A DNA stretch of 20,737 nucleotides. It comes from Candidatus Methylomirabilia bacterium (GTDB lineage: Bacteria; Methylomirabilota; Methylomirabilia; Rokubacteriales; CSP1-6). The stretch lies in the NCBI GenBank assembly GCA_041497895.1, contig JBGQHJ010000088.1, forward strand, positions 1 to 20,737. Reading direction: 5' to 3'. Each line of letters opens with the position of its first letter. Within the stretch, counting starts at the first letter, position 1. Both the position numbers and the translations under genes were made by a program. Below are positions 14,925 through 20,737 of the stretch, piece after piece. The notes under the pieces were generated by a model. That model ran no database searches and was not told where the DNA came from. It saw only the letters and a program-made list of their open reading frames with translations.

Positions 14925-16148
14925 ATGGCGGTCGACTCGAAACCGGTGGGGGGGTCTGGGGGAGGAGCGGCGGTCGCTCCCCCCCAGTCAAGACAAGCCT
15001 TGCTGGAGTTGGTGTCCCGGCTCACGCGTGAGCAGATCGCGCCGCGGGCGGCCGAGTACGACGCGGCGGGCGCCAACCCGATCGACTCGTGGCGGGTGCT
15101 CGGGCGGGATGGCTTTCTGGCCTCGTGCATCCCGACCGCGTACGGCGGGCTCGGGCTCGACATGCCCACCTACATCGGGGTGATCCGCACCATCGCACGC
15201 GGCTGCGCCAACACCGCGATGACCGTGCACATGCACTCGACGGTCATGCGCTTCATCGACGCGCTCTGCACCGACGCGCAGAAGCACCGCTACTTCTCGG
15301 AGGTGGTCGACCACGGCCGGCTCTTCGGCAGCTGGGGCAGCGAGCCGGCAGTGAGCCTCTCGCGCAGCTTCCTCATGGAGACGGTGGCCCGCCAGGACGG
15401 CGACGCCTACGTCGTCGACGGGGTGAAGCACTTCTGCACGATGGCCCTCGGGGCCTCGCGCTACATGGTCTGGTGCGCGCTCGAGGGCGGCACCGACATG
15501 GGCAAGGCGCTCCTGCAGGTGCTGGTGCCCGCCGACGCCCCCGGCATCGCCACCGACGGCAAGTGGAACACGCTCGGCATGCGCGCGACCTTCAGCCCGT
15601 CGGTGACCTTCACCGGGGTGCGCGTGCCCCGGGACGCCGCGCTCGGTGACCCGGGCGCCGCCCTGCGGGTGGGCGTGGTGGAGAGCTTCGCGCTCGGCTA
15701 CGCCGCGGTGTACGCGGGCATCGCGGAGGGCGCGCTCGCCTTCGCCATCGACTACGCCAAGAAGCGCGTGGTGAAGCCCGAGAACATCGCGGTGGCCCAC
15801 GATCCCGCGGTGCAGCGGCACATCGGCGAGCTGTCGGCGCACCTCGACGCCGCCCTGCTGGTGCTGGCCGACACCGCGGAGCACTGGGAGGCCGCCGACG
15901 TGCAGGAGCGCGGCGTGCTGGGCAACAAAGCCAAGTACATCGCCACCGAGGTCGGGCTCGCGGTCACCTCCAAGGTCATCCAGGTGGTGGGCGGCCGCGG
16001 CGCCTACAAGGACTTCCCGGCCGAGCGCGCCTTCCGCGACCTCCGCACCTCGACCCTGATGCCGCCCACCGTGGATCGGATGCTCGAGGGCATCGGCAAG
16101 AGCGCGCTCGGGATCGACGGCGGCATGTTCAAGGTCGCCGGCAGCTAG
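14925..16148 (+). CDS. Acyl-CoA dehydrogenase-fold flavoprotein (YdbM/DszC-like subgroup), paralog 2
   Basis: Motifs IAPRAAEYD, IPTAYGGLG, IARGCANTAM..HMHSTV, SEPA, DGVKHFCT, WNTLGMRATFS, FALGYAAVYAGIAEGA and VGGRG....PAERAFRD....LMPP. Clearly homologous to 10325-11503. Confidence 0.88.
   Translation: MAVDSKPVGGSGGGAAVAPPQSRQALLELVSRLTREQIAPRAAEYDAAGANPIDSWRVLGRDGFLASCIPTAYGGLGLDMPTYIGVIRTIARGCANTAMTVHMHSTVMRFIDALCTDAQKHRYFSEVVDHGRLFGSWGSEPAVSLSRSFLMETVARQDGDAYVVDGVKHFCTMALGASRYMVWCALEGGTDMGKALLQVLVPADAPGIATDGKWNTLGMRATFSPSVTFTGVRVPRDAALGDPGAALRVGVVESFALGYAAVYAGIAEGALAFAIDYAKKRVVKPENIAVAHDPAVQRHIGELSAHLDAALLVLADTAEHWEAADVQERGVLGNKAKYIATEVGLAVTSKVIQVVGGRGAYKDFPAERAFRDLRTSTLMPPTVDRMLEGIGKSALGIDGGMFKVAGS
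14948..14987. repeat. G-tailed palindromic (REP-like) element inside the 5' end of ACAD paralog 2
   Basis: GGGGGGGT tail, then hairpin CTGGGGG-A-GGAGCG / loop GCGGT / CGCTCC-CCCCCAG (14956-14987). Confidence 0.6.
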
Positions 16149-16150
16149 CT

Positions 16151-16220
16151 CGCGGCGCAAGGCGCAGCCGAAGGCGAGCCGGGTTGCACAGGTGAGGCGA
16201 GCCATAGGCGAGCCGAACGT
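16151..16220. repeat. Intergenic element with four AGGCG(C)AGCC mini-palindromes
   Basis: AGGCGCAGCC 16160-16169, and AGGCGAGCC at 16172-16180, 16195-16203 and 16206-16214, arranged as two pairs. Confidence 0.6.
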
Positions 16221-16239
16221 ATATAAAGGGAAGTCAGGG

Positions 16240-17355
16240 ATGCCCGCCCAAGCGATCCGCAGCGACGTGATAGGCAGCCTACTCCGCCCCGCGGAGCTGA
16301 AGGCGGCCCGCGACCAGTTCGACCGCGGAGAGCTCTCCCCCTCCGCGCTCAAGCAGGTGGAGGACCGCGCGGTGGACGAGGCGGTCCGCCTCCAGGAAGA
16401 CGCCGGCCTCGACGTGGTCACCGACGGCGAGCTGCGCCGCTACGCCTTCTTCGGCCACCTGATCGACGCCCTCGATGGCTTCGACAAGCAGGGCGGCTGG
16501 GCCATCCCGTTCCACAACGAGGCGGGCGAGCGGCTCGTCTTCAAGCGGCCGGTGGTGGTCGAGAAGCTCCGCTGGCGCCGGAGCATGTGCTGCGAGGAGC
16601 TCGCCTACCTCCGCGCACGCGCGACCCGGCCGGTCAAGGTCACCCTGATCAGCAGCCAGCAGGCCGCCGCCTACTACGACCCCGAGAAGTCGACCGGCGC
16701 CTACCCGACGCGCGACGCCTACCTGGCCGACATCGTCGACCTCACGCGGCGAGAGGTCGACGAGCTGGTGCGGCTCGGCTGCACCTACATCCAGATCGAC
16801 GCCCCGCAGTACGCCGCGCTGCTGGACCCCGAGCTCCGGGAGGGCTACCGGAAGCGGGGGAGCGACCCGGACCGCCTGATCGACGTCTGCATCGAGATGG
16901 ACAATGCGGTCATTGGGGCGGCGATCGGGCGGCATCCCGGAGTGACCTTCGGCCTGCACATCTGCCGGGGCAACAACCAGTCCATGTTCTACGCGAGCGG
17001 CGGCTACGAGCCGATCGCGCGCGTGTTCACGAAGAGCCACTTCGAGCGCTTCCTGCTCGAGTACGACGACCAGCGCTCCGGCGGCTTCGAGCCGCTGCGC
17101 GCGATGCCCGACGACCGCACGGTGGTGCTCGGCCTCGTCACCACCAAGAGCCCGAGGCTCGAGTCGGTGGCGGAGCTGCGGGCCCGCGTCGAGGAGGCGG
17201 CCCGGCTGGTACCGCTCGAGCGGCTGGCCCTGAGCCCGCAGTGCGGCTTCGCCTCCACGATGGAAGGCAACCGGATCACCCCGGCCGAGCAGCAGGCCAA
17301 GCTCCGGCGGGTGGTCGAGACCGCGAACCAGATCTGGAGAGGAGACTCCCGATGA
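16240..17355 (+). CDS. Cobalamin-independent methionine synthase II family (core only, YxjH/XecA-like) Zn-thiol alkyltransferase, paralog 2
   Basis: Motifs SDVIGSLLRP, QEDAGLDVVTDGELRR and GCTYIQIDAP; Zn ligands HICRGN, LLEYD and LSPQCGFAS. Start at ATG 16240 because the track start 16192 lies in the repeat element. Confidence 0.9.
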   Translation: MPAQAIRSDVIGSLLRPAELKAARDQFDRGELSPSALKQVEDRAVDEAVRLQEDAGLDVVTDGELRRYAFFGHLIDALDGFDKQGGWAIPFHNEAGERLVFKRPVVVEKLRWRRSMCCEELAYLRARATRPVKVTLISSQQAAAYYDPEKSTGAYPTRDAYLADIVDLTRREVDELVRLGCTYIQIDAPQYAALLDPELREGYRKRGSDPDRLIDVCIEMDNAVIGAAIGRHPGVTFGLHICRGNNQSMFYASGGYEPIARVFTKSHFERFLLEYDDQRSGGFEPLRAMPDDRTVVLGLVTTKSPRLESVAELRARVEEAARLVPLERLALSPQCGFASTMEGNRITPAEQQAKLRRVVETANQIWRGDSR

Positions 17356-18533
17356 GAATGCTGGCCCTGCTCGCTCTGGCCCTGCTCGGCGTGTCGCCGG
17401 CCCCCGCCTGGGCCCAGTCGATCAAGATGGGTGCGGTGGTGCCGCTGACCGGCCGCTACGGCGCGGGCGGCGCCCAGATCCGCGCCGGCTACGAGTTCGC
17501 GGTGGAGCGCCTGAACGCGGGCGGCGGCATCACGGTGGGCGGGGTGAAGATGCCGGTCGAGCTGGTCCTGCTCGACGACGAGTCCGACGCGACCAAGACC
17601 GTCGCGCGCATGGAGACCCTGGCCGCCCAGGGCGTGATCGGCTATCTCGGCGGCTTCGGCTCCGACCTCCACGCGGCGGCGGCCTCGGTGGCGGAGAAGA
17701 ACCGCATCCCGTACCTGGGAGTGGCCTTCGCGCTCCAGAAGATCCACCAGCAGAACTTCCGCTACCTCTTCTCGCCCTTCTGGAAGTCGCCCGACATCGG
17801 CCACGCCACCCAGGGCCTGCTCGAGCTGATCCCGGCCGGCGAGCGGCCCAAGACCGCCGCGATCTTCCAGGAGAAGACCGACTGGGGCCGGGAGATGGCG
17901 GCGGCCTGGACGGAGGCGGGCAAGACCGCGGGCTACCAGGTGGTGGTGAACGGCGAGTACGCGCCGGGGGCCAAGGACTTCTCCGACCTGATCCTGAAGG
18001 CCAAGGCGGCCAACGCGGACGTGCTGCTCGCCCTGCCCAACCCGCCCGACGGCATGACGATCGTCAAGCAGATGAAGGAGCTCGGCTTCACCCCGAAGCT
18101 CTCCTTCTTCATCCGCGCCCCCGACGCCCAGATCTGGTCGCAGAACCTCGGCAAGGACGGCGACTTCATGGTCCTGGCCGCGGGCTGGCACCACGCCATG
18201 AAGGGCGCCGGGGTGAAGGAGCTGAACGACGCCCATCAGAAGAAGTTCGGGCGCCCGGCCGATCCGCTGGTCGGCCCGGCCTACGCGTGCGTGGAGATCC
18301 TGGCCGCCGCGGTGACCCGCGCCGGCTTCCCCGATCGCGAGAAGGTCCGCGACGCCATCGCGGCGACGAGCATGAACACCGTGATCGGCCCCGTGAAGTT
18401 CCGGCCGGACGGCACCGGCATCGTCGCGCAGGCGCTGCTGCAGTGGCAGGCGGGCAAGCAGGAGCTGGTGTGGCCGACGGAGGCGGCGACCGCGAAGCTC
18501 GCGTTCCCGGCGCCCCCGTTCGCCAAGCGCTGA
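17352..18533 (+). CDS. Branched-chain amino acid-type (Liv/HAAT) ABC transporter substrate-binding protein
   Basis: Signal peptide MRMLALLALALLGVSPAPAWA|Q, then IKMGAVVPLTGRY, LDDESD, LGGFGS, DFSDLILKAKAA and TVIGPVKFRPDG. ATGA overlap with the MetE-like stop. Confidence 0.9.
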   Translation: MRMLALLALALLGVSPAPAWAQSIKMGAVVPLTGRYGAGGAQIRAGYEFAVERLNAGGGITVGGVKMPVELVLLDDESDATKTVARMETLAAQGVIGYLGGFGSDLHAAAASVAEKNRIPYLGVAFALQKIHQQNFRYLFSPFWKSPDIGHATQGLLELIPAGERPKTAAIFQEKTDWGREMAAAWTEAGKTAGYQVVVNGEYAPGAKDFSDLILKAKAANADVLLALPNPPDGMTIVKQMKELGFTPKLSFFIRAPDAQIWSQNLGKDGDFMVLAAGWHHAMKGAGVKELNDAHQKKFGRPADPLVGPAYACVEILAAAVTRAGFPDREKVRDAIAATSMNTVIGPVKFRPDGTGIVAQALLQWQAGKQELVWPTEAATAKLAFPAPPFAKR

Positions 18534-18553
18534 GCCGCGGCGCCTGAGCGGCC

Positions 18554-19291
18554 GTGGCCCTTCTCGAGGTCGAGCGGCTGACGAAGGGCTTCGGCGGCGT
18601 CCTCGCGGTCAACGGGGTCGGCCTCACGCTCCAGGCCGGCGAGCTGCTCGGCGTCATGGGGCCGAACGGCTCCGGCAAGACCACGCTCTTCAACCTGATC
18701 GCGGGCGCGCTGCGCCCGGACCGCGGGCACATCCGCTTCCGGGGTCACGACATCACGGGGCTCTCCCCGCACCGGGTGTGCGCCCGCGGGATCGCGCGCA
18801 CCTTCCAGCTCGTGCGGCCCTTCGCCGCCCTGTCTGCCCTCGACAACGTGCGGGTGGGCTGCCTCTACGGCCGGCGGCGCGGCGCCGAGGAAGCGGGCAC
18901 GGCCGCGCGCCGGCTGCTCGCGCTGGTCGGTCTCGAGGGCCGCGCCGCCACCCCCGCCGCCGCCCTCACCCTGATGGACCGCAAGCGTCTCGAGCTGGCC
19001 CGCGCGCTGGCCGCCGGACCCGAGCTGCTGCTGCTCGACGAGTTCATGGCCGGCCTGAACCCGACCGAGACCGCGGCGGCGATGGCCCTGATCCGCCGGC
19101 TGGTCGCCGACGGCCTCACCGTGCTGATGGTGGAGCACATCGTGTGGGCGCTGATGGATCTCGCCCGGCGCATCGTGGTGCTGAGCGCGGGCGAGAAGAT
19201 CGCCGACGGCCCGCCCGCCGCGGTGGCCGCCGACCCCCGCGTGGTGGACGTCTACCTCGGCGTGGAGCGGGCCGGAGCGGCGCGTGCTTGA
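18554..19291 (+). CDS. livG: Liv-type ABC transporter ATP-binding protein (LivG-like)
   Basis: Walker A GPNGSGKTTLFN, GIARTFQLVRPF, Walker B LLLLDE..AGLN, VEH, and C-terminal DPRVVDVYLG. Confidence 0.92.
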   Translation: MALLEVERLTKGFGGVLAVNGVGLTLQAGELLGVMGPNGSGKTTLFNLIAGALRPDRGHIRFRGHDITGLSPHRVCARGIARTFQLVRPFAALSALDNVRVGCLYGRRRGAEEAGTAARRLLALVGLEGRAATPAAALTLMDRKRLELARALAAGPELLLLDEFMAGLNPTETAAAMALIRRLVADGLTVLMVEHIVWALMDLARRIVVLSAGEKIADGPPAAVAADPRVVDVYLGVERAGAARA

Positions 19292-20006
19292 GGTTCACGG
19301 CCTCGAGGCCGCCTACGGCGACGTCCCCGCGCTCTCGGGCGTCACGCTCCGCGTGGGCGCGGGCGAGATCGTCGCGCTCCTCGGCCCGAACGGCGCGGGC
19401 AAGTCCACCCTGCTCGGCTGCGTGGCCGGGCTCGTGCGGCCCCGCGCGGGAGCCATCACCTGGGACGGTGGTGAGAACCTTTTGACAGTCGCCCCGCACC
19501 TGATCGTCGAGCGCGGGCTCGCGGTGGTGCCGGAGGGCCGGCGCCTCTTCGGCACCATGACGGTGGAGGACAACCTCGACCTGGGCGCGTTCTCGCCGCG
19601 GGCCCGCGCGGCGCGTCGGGAGAGCCTGGAGCGCGTGTTCACGCTCTTCCCCGACCTGCGCGCGCGGCGGCGGCAGACCGTCCGCGCGCTCTCCGGCGGC
19701 CAGCAGCAGATGGTGGCGGTGGGCCGCGCCCTGATGGCGAGCCCGCGCCTGCTGATGCTGGACGAGCCGTCGCTCGGCATCGCCCCGCTGCTGGTGCGCG
19801 CGATCCTGGACGCGCTGGTCGAGATCAACCGGGCGGGGGTGGCCATCTTCCTGGTGGAGCAGAACGTGCGGGCCGCGCTCACGCTGGCCCACCGCGCCTA
19901 CATCCTCGAAGGCGGGCGCGTGGTGGGAGAGGGCGCGGGCGCGACCCTGCTGCGCGACCCCCACGTGCGCCGCGCCTACCTCGGGCCGCTGGCCGCAGGC
20001 GCGTGA
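19284..20006 (+). CDS. livF: Liv-type ABC transporter ATP-binding protein (LivF-like)
   Basis: GPNGAGKST, VPEGRRLF..MTVEDNL, LSGGQQQM, LMLDEPSLGIAP, LVEQN and VRRAYLG. Confidence 0.93.
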   Translation: MLEVHGLEAAYGDVPALSGVTLRVGAGEIVALLGPNGAGKSTLLGCVAGLVRPRAGAITWDGGENLLTVAPHLIVERGLAVVPEGRRLFGTMTVEDNLDLGAFSPRARAARRESLERVFTLFPDLRARRRQTVRALSGGQQQMVAVGRALMASPRLLMLDEPSLGIAPLLVRAILDALVEINRAGVAIFLVEQNVRAALTLAHRAYILEGGRVVGEGAGATLLRDPHVRRAYLGPLAAGA

Positions 20007-20737
20007 TGGTCCTCACGCAGCAGATCGTGCTCGGCCTGCTCCTGGGCGGCCTCTACGGGCTGGCCGCGGCCGGTCTCTCGCTCGTGTTCGGCGTGCTCAA
20101 GGTGCTCAACGTGGCCCACGGCGAGCTGATCATGCTGGGCGGCTACGGAGCCTACTGGCTCTTCGCGCTCGCGGGCCTCGACCCCTTCGCCTCGCTCCTG
20201 CTGGTGATCCCCGGCTCGCTGCTGCTGGGCGCGGCGCTCTACCTGATCCTCTTCGGCTTCGTGGTGCGCGCCCACGAGGAGACCCGGATCAAGAACTCGC
20301 TACTGGTGGGCTTCGGCCTCGCGCTCGCGCTGCACGCCCTCGCGGTGCGGCTCTGGACCGCGGACGACCGCTCGATCTCTCCGGGCTACGGCGGCATGGT
20401 CATCACGGTGGGACCGATCGCGATCCCGATCATCCGCCTGGCGAGCCTGCTGGTGGCCCTCGCGCTGATCGCGGGGATCCACCTCCTGCTCGCGCGGTGG
20501 CGCTGGGGCAAGGCGATCCGCGCGACCGCGGAGGACTGGCAGGCCGCCCTGCTCACCGGCATCGACATCCGACGCGCCTACCTGCTCGCGTTCGCCCTCG
20601 GCACCGCGCTGGCCGGCGCCGCCGGCACGCTGGTGAGCGTCGGCTACTCGATCAGCCCGTCCATCGGGCTCGAGTGGACGCTCAAGGCCCTGATCGTGGT
20701 GGTGCTCGCCGGCCTCGGGTCCATGCTCGGCACCTTC
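20006..20737 (+). CDS. livH: Liv-type ABC transporter permease (LivH-like), 3' end outside the window
   Basis: Not in the ORF track because it has no stop in the window. ATG 20006 overlaps the livF stop (TGATG). It reads MVLTQQIVLGLLLGGLYGLAAAGLSLVFGVLKVLNVAHGELIMLGGY...GKAIRATAED..AALLTGID...LIVVVLAGLGS. Confidence 0.92.
   Translation, partial: MVLTQQIVLGLLLGGLYGLAAAGLSLVFGVLKVLNVAHGELIMLGGYGAYWLFALAGLDPFASLLLVIPGSLLLGAALYLILFGFVVRAHEETRIKNSLLVGFGLALALHALAVRLWTADDRSISPGYGGMVITVGPIAIPIIRLASLLVALALIAGIHLLLARWRWGKAIRATAEDWQAALLTGIDIRRAYLLAFALGTALAGAAGTLVSVGYSISPSIGLEWTLKALIVVVLAGLGSMLGTF

Noticed and set aside
4415..17355. Assigning the symbol metE to either MetE-like gene, or treating them as halves of a split MetE
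   Set aside because: Both are catalytic-domain-only proteins with their own complete Zn sites and lie in separate operons. Neither is the folate-binding N-terminal half.
19482..19487. TTGACA inside livF as an internal promoter
   Set aside because: There is no -10-like hexamer 16-18 nt downstream.

Overview
A very GC-rich, densely coding bacterial window of accessory metabolism and transport genes. I found no rRNA, tRNA, CRISPR array or transposase. Left to right it contains: (i) a minus-strand FGGY carbohydrate kinase coupled to a GpsA-type glycerol-3-phosphate dehydrogenase that runs off the window edge; (ii) divergent from it, a coupled trio of an alkaline-phosphatase/NPP-family phosphodiesterase, a LicC/PntC-like nucleotidyltransferase and a core-only MetE-like Zn-thiol enzyme; (iii) an LLM-class oxidoreductase between two near-identical inverted REP-like palindromes; (iv) an EmrA-like adaptor and EmrB-like DHA2 pump arranged head-to-head around overlapping -10 elements; (v) a VKOR-thioredoxin fusion; (vi) a run of an acyl-CoA-dehydrogenase-fold flavoenzyme, a 49-aa small membrane ORF missed by the ORF track, and DinB, DUF2238, OsmC, HAD and glyoxalase genes; (vii) from a near-consensus sigma70 promoter, a VOC protein, a second ACAD-fold paralog, a second core MetE-like enzyme and a Liv-type ABC importer that runs off the right edge. 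The best candidates for undescribed biology are the two different gene contexts of the core-MetE paralogs and the head-to-head emrA/emrB arrangement. Gene content and GC suggest a Rokubacteria/Methylomirabilota-like soil organism, but that is a low-confidence impression. All family calls come from motif recognition, not database searches.
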